DNA of 63,992 nt, the filler included, from Octopus bimaculoides (lineage: Eukaryota): the NCBI RefSeq assembly GCF_001194135.2. It is 6 parts of 5 records of this genome, joined end to end, with 100 filler letters (N's around TTAATTAATTAA, not from the genome) between each part and the next. Parts side by side here need not be neighbours in the genome. Positions count along the whole stretch, not along the records: positions 1 to 30,481 come from NC_068987.1; 5 more parts are not named here. The stretch is one strand, 5' to 3'. The notes under the pieces were generated by a model. That model worked only from the letters and a program-made list of their open reading frames with translations. It was not told the origin of the DNA and ran no database searches. Position numbers and translations under genes: made by a program. This document shows, in pieces, positions 1-11,722 of the stretch (position 1 is its first letter; each line of letters starts with the position of its first letter).

Positions 1-109
1 CGTAGCGGTGGCTGTGTGATAAGAAGCTTGCTTCCCAACGACATGGTTCCGGTTTCAATCCCAGAGTAAAGAGAGTATTCACTTAGCTTTAATTATCTTT
101 TATTTATTT

Positions 110-458
110 ATTTCTTACTTGTTTATCTTTTACTTGTTTCAGTCACTTGACTGCGGCCATACTAGGGCACCGCTTTGAGAAATTTTAGTCGGACGAATCT
201 ACTTATTTTTTCACCCCCTTTTGCCGAACTGCTAAGTTACAGCGGCATAAACAAACCATAACCGGTTGTGGGTGACGCGCGCGCGCGCGTGCATACGATA
301 GGCTTCTTTCAGTTTTCGTCAACCAAGTCCATTCACAAGGCTTCGGTCAACCCGAGGCTACAGTAGAAAACACTTGCCCAAAGAGCTACGCAATGAGACT
401 GAACTCGGAACTGTGTGGTTGGGAAGCAAATTTCTTTTCACGCAGCCATGAATGCGCC
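110..458 (-). mobile_element. tRNA-derived SINE, family A (near full-length, degraded)
   Basis: On the minus strand: tRNA-like head, ttgggcaagtgttttctactgtagcctcggg core, microsatellite linker, and tail ...gtatggccgcagtcaagtgactgaaacaagtaaaag. Same layout as the copies at 14343 and 20311. Confidence 0.8.
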
Positions 459-1549
459 TATACACAGCCACAAATATTTAAGAATCCGAGCCGCAAGATT
501 TACCGTATTTGATGTCATAAAATTAGGATATGGCTTATTAGGCATTTCCCAATTTCAATAGCAAATATCCAGGAAAAAACAAAAGTATTTAGTGTATGCA
601 CACACGTAACATTGGCCCAACTTCGCATATAGGAGACCCGGGATGAAACTTTGAGACATTCGGCGAATGGAGAGTGCGTCTATTCTGTTATAATAAAAGC
701 GAAATTCTGTTTGACTGAGACCCTTGTATCTCAGTCTGCATTGGCTCTACATAGACATATACCCTTTTGGAATCAGAACGATCCCAGGATTGAAAATCTG
801 CCCTTCATTTATTTCGTGAACATTGACCATTGGAATCTGATTTAAAAGCATTTGAGTTGCTATTTCTAGCAATCTTAGCTGATTCACGCTACCTTGGTTG
901 ACGTTTGTCAGATGACGTCAGAGATCAAGGGAGAGATAAATGACATTCGCTTCGTTGATTTTACGTCGAGATAAGAACTTTGGGACAAATTGGCCAACAG
1001 TTGGAATTCAATTTGGGACTGGAACAATAGACTGATTGCATTACAGAATTAATTCTCATCCGTTCTTAATCTTTGATCAAACACCAGCGGGGTATATAGT
1101 CATTATAGACGTATTATAGACATGCTATTTAGCGCCCCTTAGTTTTGGGCCGTTGGCTTAATTAGCCCTCCGCAGGAGCCAGCTCAAAAGTTCGCATGGA
1201 GTGCAGCTTTTAAGCTGGTATGCTATAAATACGATAGTTAATGCTTCAATCCAGCTGGCAAAGCCAAATGAGTTTGACACACGACCAGCCTAACTTTCTG
1301 CCCTTGTGAGAAGTTGCCGTATTTACATAAATAATAGATAAGTAAATAAATAAATGAATAAATGGAATCGTGGTTTTGTGCCAATGCTAGGAAATCGATA
1401 TCATTCTGCACTATTTCATATCGTGTCGTATCGCAGAGACTCACTGCTTGCTGGATCAATATACCGTGTCGGCTCATTGTTTGTGAGCTTGTATTTAGTA
1501 TCGTGTCACCGTTTCATAGTGTCCAATGTTTAAAACATAAAGAAATATG

Positions 1550-1551
<2 letters not shown>

Positions 1552-1611
<60 letters not shown>
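1552..1611. repeat. (TG)n microsatellite
   Basis: About 30 perfect TG units, directly followed by a SINE A 3' half. Confidence 0.95.
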
Positions 1612-1613
<2 letters not shown>

Positions 1614-1830
1614 TGGTCACCCTTCACTCACTGCTTGACAACTGGTTTGCTTACGTCTCTGAATTTAGCAGCTCGGCAAAAGAGGGCGATAGAATAAGTA
1701 TCAGACTTTAACAAAAAAATAATTTGTACTGGGAGAGATTTTCTCGATTAAATCCCTCAAGGTGGCGCTTCACTGTGGCCGCAATTCAATAAATAAATCA
1801 GGCAAGTAAAAGATAAAAGATAAGAGATAC
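1612..1830 (+). mobile_element. SINE family A, 3' half
   Basis: Contains gcttgacaactgg...gctcggcaaaagagggcgatagaataagta...gtggccgcaattc...aagtaaaagataaaag, matching the 3' half of other A copies. Confidence 0.65.
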
Positions 1831-1935
1831 AAAATGACTGGACGGTCACGGTAGAAAAGCCTTCGAATCATAGGTCTCTCTCATTAGGGCTAACATGGAG
1901 TTGAACACATCATCATCATCATCATCATCATCATC

Positions 1936-1974
<39 letters not shown>

Positions 1975-2038
1975 ATCGACGACAATAAGAGGTTAAACTG
2001 AATTCTGCGTTGATCAGATTTGTTTATCTGATGTATAC

Positions 2039-2076
<38 letters not shown>

Positions 2077-2314
2077 GAATAAATAGAAAACGAAAGAGTG
2101 AATAATAAAAATAAGTGAATGAGTGGAAAAAGTGAATATTTGTGACAAACTGGACATTTCGATCGATATTTTTTATTGATGAAAGCCTCACTGAGTAGCA
2201 GCCGGGTTTGAACTCAAAAATTATGAGAGGCGAAACTAAAACACAAAGCATTTAGGACATCGTTTTATTGACCTAACTCGGCTCCTGCTTGTCCCCACTG
2301 TGGTGCTAAAATGC

Positions 2315-2356
<42 letters not shown>

Positions 2357-3840
2357 TGTATGTATGTGTGTGTGTATACATCTATATATATATGTATATA
2401 ATATATATATACATGCACACACCCATATATATGCATACATGCATATATATATATATATATGTTTATGTATACTTATATATATGTGTGTGTGTATATATAT
2501 ATATTATGTATGCATATGTATGTATGTATGTATGCATATATATTCGCAGCACGATGGGGTNNNNNNNNNNNNNNNNNNNNNNNNNNNNNNNNNNNNNNNN
2601 NNNNNNNNNNNNNNNNNNNNNNNNNNNNNNNNNNNNNNNNNNNNNNNNNNNNNNNNNNNNNNNNNNNNNNNNNNNNNNNNNNNNNNNNNNNNNNNNNNNN
2701 NNNNNNNNNNNNNNNNNNNNNNNNNNNNNNNNNNNNNNNNNNNNNNNNNNNNNNNNNNNNNNNNNNNNNNNNNNNNNNNNNNNNNNNNNNNNNNNNNNNN
2801 NNNNNNNNNNNNNNNNNNNNNNNNNNNNNNNNNNNNNNNNNNNNNNNNNNNNNNNNNNNNNNNNNNNNNNNNNNNNNNNNNNNNNNNNNNNNNNNNNNNN
2901 NNNNNNNNNNNNNNNNNNNNNNNNNNNNNNNNNNNNNNNNNNNNNNNNNNNNNNNNNNNNNNNNNNNNNNNNNNNNNNNNNNNNNNNNNNNNNNNNNNNN
3001 NNNNNNNNNNNNNNNNNNNNNNNNNNNNNNNNNNNNNNNNNNNNNNNNNNNNNNNNNNNNNNNNNNNNNNNNNNNNNNNNNNNNNNNNNNNNNNNNNNNN
3101 NNNNNNNNNNNNNNNNNNNNNNNNNNNNNNNNNNNNNNNNNNNNNNNNNNNNNNNNNNNNNNNNNNNNNNNNNNNNNNNNNNNNNNNGTGGTTGTAAGGA
3201 GGAGACAAAGGCACGTAAAGACTCGCTCAAACACGAGCGCGCGCGACGGGCTTCATTACAGTTTTCATCAACCAAATTCACTCACAAAGGCATTGGTTGA
3301 TCTGAATCTATAGTAGAAGACACTTTCCCCAGGTGCCGCACAGTATTCCTATGAATTTCAGTTATTGGACTGCGACCATGCTGGGGCACCGCCTTGAAGT
3401 GTGCTTTGGCCGAACAAATCGACCCCCAGGGTTTTTTTATTTTTTTATTTTTTAAGTCTGGTGCTCATTCTATCGGAGTCCTTTTGGAGTTGTTAAACAT
3501 GTTAAGAATAAAGGCCTTATACATTAGGAGAGAGGAATTCAGATGGTGGGATGTTCATGCCTTGCCAAAGGTGTCGATGGCATTCAAAAAGTGAAATAGA
3601 TATTCAACAGGACATCGAAAGTAGCTCGCGAGCTTGACTCTGAGCGCTTACCTATAAAACTCTATCATTACGTTATCACTCAAAATAAGTGTAAACTCCC
3701 AGTGAGATGAGTCCAGCACTCGCTCTCACTTCCCGGTTGTAGCTGTTTCATATCAGTTACCTCACTGATACCATTACGAAGATGTGAATCTAACGTAATC
3801 TCACTTCCTTCTACACTAGATATGAGGCCGCCATCATATC

Positions 3841-4317
3841 TCATCATCATCATCATCATCATCATCATCACCATCATTTTAATGTCCACTTTCCCTAGCT
3901 TGTATGGGTTTAACGGAGCTTATTGAGGTAGATTTTCTAGGGCTATCCTGTCGCTAAGATACCTTTCCTGTCGCTAACCCTCGTTTATTTCCTAGTGAGG
4001 TAATATTTCCCTTATGGCCAGACATGTTTTTGGTGCATATTAGAAATGAATAACATTCATTAACAAAAATCAAGACAATCAAGCGATGTCAAGATAAGGA
4101 GACACACACACACACACACACACAGACACACACACACACACACAGACACACACACACGACAGCCTTTTTCTCAGTTTCTATCTACCAAATCCTCTGACAA
4201 GGCTTTGGTCGGTCCGGGGCTACAGTAGAAGACACTTGTCCAAGATGCCACGTTCGGAGACTGAACCCAGAACCATGCGGTCAGGAAGCGAACATCTTAC
4301 CACACAACCACGCCTGC
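3841..4317 (-). mobile_element. SINE with family A head and RTE-type (GAT)n tail (A2 variant)
   Basis: A head and core at ~4155-4317, (GT)n linker, acatcgcttga, then a tail ...aacccatacaagctagggaaagtggacattaaaatgatggtgatg resembling the RTE 3' end at 32713-32862. Confidence 0.7.
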
Positions 4318-4399
4318 ATCTGCTCTACTTACGTCTGTGAAGAATAATCGTTTCTCTTCTGTTTCTTAAATTTATGAAGAAATCAAAATAAAACTGTAG

Positions 4400-5045
4400 T
4401 GTTTTTATAACGCCATATTGAAAGTCAGCGGGATATAGAAATGGAAGAACGTCAGACAAAAGAACCTCACGATTCCCTTCATTTTGTGTTCAAATTCAAT
4501 CTTGATTGACATCACCTTTCATCAATCCGGAATCGATAAAATAAGTATCAATCACATGCTGAAATTGTTTCTTATTCTTCTCCTACATATTTAGGTCTAG
4601 AAAATCATTATGGAAATTCATTATTATACCAGATAGCACGGCGACGAGCAGATAGAATCGTTAGCGAGTCGGACCAAATGGTTAGCAGCATTTCTGCAGT
4701 GTTTTTCCATTCTGTGTTCAAATTATGAAAAAGTCAACATTACTTTCCGTTCCAGTTGAAACGATAAAGTACCAGTCAAGTACTGGAGTTGATGTAGTCG
4801 ACTCACTCTCCCTTCAAAATTGTTGGATTTTGCCCAAATTCATAAGAATTACTAAATGCGACGAACTAGCAGAACCTTTAATGCATCGAATAAAATGCTT
4901 GACAGAATTTCTTCTTTACGTCTTGAGTTCAAATTCCACCGAGGTCGACATTTCTTTCCATCCTTTTTGACTCGATAAAATAAATACCAGTTGAATATTG
5001 AAGTTGATGTAAGATTGCTAGTCTTGTGCCAATATTAGAAACCAT
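4400..5045 (+). mobile_element. Three tandem degraded SINE family B copies
   Basis: Three successive occurrences of gttcaaatt...ctttc(c)atc...gataaa(a)taagtacc-like blocks, at ~4490, ~4715 and ~4925. Confidence 0.65.
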
Positions 5046-5888
5046 TATTATACCAAATACCATTTTTTATACTGAACCGATCTGTATTAAGTAATGTTTT
5101 AAATATGGTTAAAATGATAACAGAGGAAGCCAAGGGTTTAAAAAAAATGAAAAAAATAAAATTTTCTTATTTCCAAGCTTCTTCTTCTTCTTTGTGAACT
5201 AGCGAAATAGTTGCGAGATGGAACTGAAACCGGTCTGCAAGCATTCGCTGCTGTAATCACGGCGTCTGCTACTATTGTAGTTATGAAGTTGTATTGTAGC
5301 AACACATTTGTGTCACAGTGTGAAATCACACGGAATTATAAAAGATACTGCGTCGTGTTTTATATGAGATATTACATTGTATTATATAACGTGGTGTTTG
5401 TTACACAGTGCTATTCGGCATTCCATCGAATAATATCTTATCACATTGTGTTATCCCGTATGGAACAACATTATACTGCATCGACCACGTAATTTATCAA
5501 ACTGCATAGCATAGAAATAAAATAAATAAAATAGTGAAAAATAAATAAATAAATAAATAAAATAAACATGTCTAGTCGTATTATACCTCACTGGAATATA
5601 TTATTATAATACGATATCACACCATGCGATACTACAACGTACTGTTTAGAAGTCTGCTCGATCAAAACTCATTTGAGGGTTAAACAAACAACACTGTACC
5701 GCTCTATGCAATATCACATCGTATTACATGATACCATGTCTAAGCATATACTTATGTATGTATGTATGTATGTAAGTATGTATGTATATATTTATATTAT
5801 ATATTATAAATATATTTATATATTGAATATTTAAATTATATATATATTATATATATATTTATATATATGATATACATACATACATACA

Positions 5889-5932
<44 letters not shown>

Positions 5933-5938
5933 GATCGA

Positions 5939-5982
<44 letters not shown>

Positions 5983-6309
5983 ACCACGCCAGACTGTAAT
6001 GTATTATATGAAATCACACCATGTTATTTATTATAGAATACATCACTGTATGATATATCCTATAATATCACACCATGCTGTATCGCCGCACCAAATTAAC
6101 TTGCAGTACATAGCACAGTACAGTGTTGGTGTCTAGAAGATAAGTAAGTACATAATACCACATCACAGTACTACGTCAATGCACCGTGTGACACTTGCTA
6201 GTAACTGTTTCTTAAAATGATGAGGACTTGGCTGGTTGTTTCACTCCTGAAATCGAAATGAAAAGGAAACTTAGTTCACGTGACCGTTATGCTTTTCCTT
6301 TTCCAATAG

Positions 6310-6602
6310 TGATTGCGCATGGCTAAGTCGTTGAGGTATTTGGCTCACGAATATAACGTCGTGAGTTCAATACCTGAAGGCGCATTGTGTTTTTTGAACA
6401 AGACACTTTATTTCACGTTGCTCCAGTTCACTTAGCTGGTAAAAATAAGTGGTGTCTGTATTTCAAAGGTCCCTAAGAACTGCGTTAAGGGGACACGTGT
6501 CTGTGGAGTGCTAGGTCACTTGCACGTTAATTCCATGAGTAGGCTGTTCCGTTGATCGGATCAACTGGAACACTCGTCGTCGTAACCGACGGAGTTCCAG
6601 TT
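6310..6602 (+). mobile_element. tRNA-derived SINE, family C
   Basis: A-box-like catggctaagtcg, B-box gagttcaatacc, core ttgaacaagacactttatttcacgttgctccagttcacttagctgg, and tail ...gatcggatcaactggaac...gtaaccgacggag. The head recurs at 24372. Confidence 0.7.
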
Positions 6603-6666
6603 ACTGTGCTTTTTCTTAACGTTAAAAGTGAAAGATTTCCAGTTAAGAATCGAAATTGATTTGCGA

Positions 6667-6833
6667 TAGTAGCGTAGCTAGGGGACGGAGTAGCGAGGGG
6701 ATAGTCCGCTCAGGGAGACGCGTTTATGGGGTCAGTTCTTCTTGGACCTGCTGTATAACCCTAAGTAAAGTGGGTGCCTGGCAGCAGCAAACTCAAGGAC
6801 TTCCCAGGACAGCACACTCTAGCAACGCCACTG
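6667..6833. mobile_element. hAT-type MITE
   Basis: Terminal inverted repeats tagtagcgtagctag / ctagcaacgccactg. Flanks atttgcga (6659-6666) and atctgcga (6834-6841) match at 7/8, consistent with an 8-bp TSD. Confidence 0.75.
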
Positions 6834-7230
6834 ATCTGCGAACATGATATGCAGACAGGATTGTTTGATGCCTTCCATCCAGTGATGGAGAATGCATGGT
6901 CATCTCGTTACTCCTCATCATAACATTGTGATTTATTACATCCAGTATCACTTCGTTCTAACAACCCACGAAGGGTATCTCAATGCAGTCGCTTGGTGTC
7001 CTAGAAATAGCAGTCAAATTCTGTCAGTTGCACTTTGTTAAAAAAAAAAAAATTAAGAACACATTGGCCATTGTAGTCATAGATGAACCAAAAAGGCAGG
7101 ATGTTCACGGGTGGAAAATCTTTGAAGCATGGTGCTACTCAATGCTAACTGACTTTGGGTTAAGCAACAGCAAAGACGTCGCTACAGTCGCCATTGAAAC
7201 GCACACACACAAAAAAAAACACGATGAGAT

Positions 7231-7830
7231 TCTTTCTAATTTTGGCCTAAGGCCAAGGAGGGGGGTAGGTGGTTACATCGATCCCAGTGCTCAACTAGTA
7301 CTTTATTTTATCGATCCCGAGGGGATGGAAGTCACAGTTGACCTCGGCAGGATTTGAACCCAGAATATGATGCCTCGGAAGAAATACCGTAAGCATTTTA
7401 CCAAACGCGTTAACGATCCTGTTAGTTCGCTACCATTCCCGAATATATAATTGGCTTCAACTTTTAGCACAAGGCCAGCAATTTCGTGCAAGGGGTAAGT
7501 CGATTACATCGACCCCCAATGATCAACTGGTGCTTATTTTATTAACCCCGAAAGTATGAAAGACAAAGTCGACTTCAGCGAAATTTGAACTCAGAACATA
7601 AAGGACTAAATACCGCTAAGCATCCCCCCCCCACGCGACGTGCTGACGGTTCTGCCAGTTTGCCGCCTTTGAAGAAGATATAATTAAAGACATATCCATA
7701 TCATTACATATCACTAGAAATTAAAAAAAAATGTTTAGTACTTTATTTTACCCACCCCGAAGGTAAAGGACCAGGAGAAATACTGCAGAGCATTTAATCC
7801 AACGGTCAAGCGACTCCGCCAACGACACTG
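7231..7830 (-). mobile_element. Three tandem SINE family B copies
   Basis: Repeated tactttattttatcgatcccga...gacctcggc...atttgaac blocks at ~7300, ~7530 and ~7740; the third is truncated. Confidence 0.75.
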
Positions 7831-8417
7831 CCCTTATCGCCACAAATAAATAAGGAATTCAAGCGTTGGTAGATGGCTATAAATTTTGACGGAAAGCGAT
7901 TAATGGAGCTAATTATATGACTGGTACTTATTCGAGAGATTCTATACGGTCATTCGATACGCTAGAAAAACCAACTAAACTTCCGCCAAAGCTCATCTTT
8001 AAAAGAGGAAGGATACATAGATTAGTCTTAGAGACCCAGAAATAAGTAGGATGATCACGGATGGAATGCTCTGTTGTTATTGCTGTTATCTTTCTCCAAG
8101 TAGGTCTTAACTGATCAGACCGACGACAAGGAATGCCAATTCTGTCTTGTTGAAAGTATGTCCGGCCAGGGTTTGATTTGATGAACTCTATCTGCTATTT
8201 CTAGCAGATTGGGCGACCGCATAGAGGCTCCGTCGATAACTCGAAGAATACATTTGATCAAAGGCCAACTCGATCGGGCTGATCTGCGATTATTCAACAG
8301 CAACAACATAAACAACGAGTGTACAGAAATAGATTGAACAGTGGAGGAAGCACATCATGTCAGCACTACCACATTGCAATCCTCTACGATTCATTAATGC
8401 ACCTTGGAGTATACGCA

Positions 8418-8640
8418 GCAGTGGTTCTCCACCGGGGTCCACATGACCCTTGGAGGTCCCTATAAGGTTTTGTTAAAATTTATGTGTAATAAACTGCTAA
8501 TACTTCTACAATACACAAAATATTATTTTTTTTTTATACAATTCCTAATAAATAATTATAAAAATGCGGTAGAATTTTTTTTATGTATATAGAACGCCCG
8601 TCCTGTTTACAGGAGATGTAATTTCGAGTCCAGCGGTAGT
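8418..8640. mobile_element. hAT-type MITE fragment
   Basis: Begins cagtggttctccaccggggtcc, similar to the MITE end at 9660. I could not identify a right TIR. Confidence 0.45.
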
Positions 8641-8698
8641 CTTCGACCGTTTCTATCTAGAGGGGTTTTAAAACCAATATTTAGACCCCCGTCGTTTG

Positions 8699-8908
8699 AA
8701 GGTGGTGAGCTGGTGGAACAATTAACACGCTGAACAAAACGCCTAGCGGCATCTGTCTCCGTTCTGAGTTCAAATGCCGCCGAGGTCGACTTTGGCTTTC
8801 ATCCTTTCGGAGTCGATAAAATAAGTACCAGTTGAGCATTGGCGGTCGATGTAATCGACCAGCCTCCACCCACTAAAATTTCAGGCCTTGCGCCCATGCT
8901 AGAAAGGA
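8699..8908 (+). mobile_element. SINE family B
   Basis: aaggtggtgagctgg head, B-box gagttcaaatgcc, core gaggtcgactttggctttcatcctttcggagtcgataaaataagtaccag, and tail aaatttcaggccttgcgcc. Confidence 0.85.
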
Positions 8909-8989
8909 GCATTTCCAGTTTGGTAATTATTGTATTATTCTATTTTGCCGCACCGCTATATTGGTGGTAGTGGTGGTGGTGGTGGTGGC

Positions 8990-9216
8990 GTACGTTAACA
9001 AGCCAACACCAGTTGCCAAGCGATGGTAGGGCCAAACACTAAGGCATATCTCACCGCCACACACATACACGCATAAAACAGGCTTCCACACAGTTTCCAT
9101 CTACCAAATTCACTGAAAAGGCATTTGCGTTGCTCAAGAACACAATTTGCTGCCTGATCCGGGAGTCGAATCCACGACCTTATGAACGCAGAACTGACGC
9201 ATCAACCACCGGGCCA
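8990..9216 (-). mobile_element. Chimeric SINE: C-like head joined to A-like body
   Basis: Minus strand reads gtcgtggattcgactcccgg...ttgtgttcttgagcaa (C-like), then gtgaatttggtagatggaaactg...atcgcttggcaactgg (A-like). Confidence 0.5.
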
Positions 9217-9327
9217 GGAGGGGTCTTTGTTGGTGATTCGTTGAGTTGCTATCGGGAGTTTCTTCTATGAACGCTACGCTGAGGCGCCAGAAGGACTGTG
9301 TATATGTACATATGTGTGTTTATGCAT

Positions 9328-9380
<53 letters not shown>

Positions 9381-9659
9381 AGCAAACAAACATATTATAC
9401 ATGTGTATAAATGTGTGCATGCGTATACATATGTTCTGTGTATGTATGTATGTATGTATGCATATGTGTGTGTATGTGTGCGTATGTGTGTGAGTGCACG
9501 TGCGGTTGACGAGGAAAACAGTGAAGGACTTGGCAATCCTTCGGTATTGGTACACGACGTCATTCTTCCATCACCTTCCTTCATGACATAGATAAAAAGG
9601 TTAGGCTTGGAAAAAAAGAAGTGAATGACGTCGTCTCCTCACATCGACACTCTCCACAC

Positions 9660-10341
9660 CAGTGGTTTCCAACTGGGGCCCATGTGACCTCTGGGATACA
9701 CTTGACCTTTGGAGGTCCATATNNNNNNNNNNGGCACTTTGGGCAAGTGCCTCAGGCCGACCAAAGCCTTGTGAATGGATTCGGTAGACGGAACTGAAAG
9801 AAGCGCGTCGTACCTATATATACATATATATATATTTCGTTATTGCCCACAAGGGGCTAAACATAGAGGGGACAAACAAGGACAGACAAAGGGATTAAGT
9901 CGATCACATCGATCTCAGTGCGTAACTGGTACTTTATTTATTGACCCCGAAAAGATGAAAGGCAAAGTCGACCTCGGCAAAATTTGAACTCAGAACGTAA
10001 CGGCAGACGAAATACCGCTAAGCATTTCGCCCGGCGTGCTAACGTTTCTGCCAGCTCGCCGCATATATATATGCATGTGTGTCTCTGTGTCTGTGTTTGT
10101 CCCCCACCGCCGCTTCACAACCGGTGATGGTGTGTTTACGTCCTCGCGGTTCGGCAAGACGGATCGATAGAATAAGTACCAGGTTTAAAGGAAGATATTG
10201 GTGGGGGGGGGGGCAATTAATTCGACTAAAAGAATTCTTCAAGGGGCACAACATGCTGGGGCACAGCATGGCCGCAGTCTAACGACTGAAACAGGCAAAA
10301 GATGGAAGAATTCCAACCAAAAAAATGGTTGAGAACCTCTG
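9660..10341. mobile_element. hAT-type MITE interrupted by SINE A, itself interrupted by SINE B
   Basis: Left TIR cagtggtttccaact, right TIR ggttgagaacctctg, flanks ctccacac/ctcaagac (6/8). SINE A (+) at ~9733-10300 is split by SINE B (-) at ~9836-10062. Confidence 0.7.
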
Positions 10342-10805
10342 CTCAAGACCAATACCGAAGGAACACCAAGGAATTCATGTTTTCATTTTGGTCCAAGACC
10401 ACATATCTACTAGAGAATATAAATAGCTACTGTGACATTCATGCCTTTGCCAAAGATTTTAACGGTATAAGTTAAAATATCAGGAGTTCCGAGCGAGAAT
10501 TGAAACCGGGTGTCCTGACTAGGAGTTGACTACTTCCCTTGTTGAACATCATTCGTGCCACACAAAATAACTATAATCATTATTATTACAGAATTTCAGT
10601 GCAGGAAGAACAGGCTTCAAGGAAGTACAGAGCAGGAAGATATGAAGAAATGAACGAACATAGAATCATACGCATACACAGGAAATAGGGAAGGAAAGAC
10701 GGACGGCAGGAAGGAACGATCGAACGAACGAAAACAGGAAGGAAATACGAAACGGATGGGAAGGAAAGAAGAAAGCTAGAGCAGGAGGGAGGAAAGATAA
10801 AAGAA

Positions 10806-10826
10806 GAGAGAGAGAGNNNNNNNNNN

Positions 10827-10871
<45 letters not shown>

Positions 10872-10944
10872 AAGGAGGATAGATAGATAGAGACAGATAG
10901 ACAGAGAGACAAACGGACAAACAGGCAGAAATATATATATATAA

Positions 10945-10978
<34 letters not shown>

Positions 10979-11155
10979 NNNNNNNNNNGAGAGAGAGAGA
11001 GAGAGAGAGAGATACAGACAGACAGGCAGGCAGAAAGATGGATAGACAGAGACAGACAGACAGACAAGCAAACAGATAGATAGATATACAGACAGACAGA
11101 CAGGCTGATAGTTAGATAGATAGACAGATATATATATATAGATAGATAGGTAATC

Positions 11156-11201
<46 letters not shown>

Positions 11202-11275
11202 GCAGACAGAAAAATTGACAGATAGATAGGTAGAGAGAGAGAGAGTGAGAGAGAGAGAGAGAGAGAGAGTGAGAA
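10806..11275. repeat. Compound (GA)n/(GATA)n/(GACA)n microsatellite field
   Basis: Directly visible tandem di- and tetranucleotide runs with short N gaps. Confidence 0.9.
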
Positions 11276-11671
11276 GTATTCCATGAAAATAGAGGTGGTT
11301 GGTTTCAAGAGAGGAGAAGGAGGAGGAGGAAGGGGTAAAAGCGGAAGACGTAAAGAAAACTGGAAAAAGAAAGAAACGTATGACAGAATAAAGCAAAAAA
11401 AGAAATTGAAGGAGGGAAACGCAGTAGTCAGAAGGATAAAAATGAATAAATAATGGCGATAATCAGATTGGTGTGTGTGTGTGTGTGTGTGTGATCAGAG
11501 ACAGAGAGAGACAAACAGAGTGAGAAGAACGTAGCCAGACATAGACAAACAGTTAAGTAAAATGGAACCTTTCACACATACATACGTACATACATACGTA
11601 CGTACGTACGTACGCACGGACATACAGACAATCAGAAAGACAGAGACTGGCAGACATATTTCAGACATACA

Positions 11672-11722
<51 letters not shown>

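Noticed and set aside
2311-3313. Long ORFs spanning N runs (also near 11.5-13.4, 15, 25, 27.5-29.8, 35.6, 54, 55.8 and 57 kb)
   Set aside because: They are open only because N codons are not stops.
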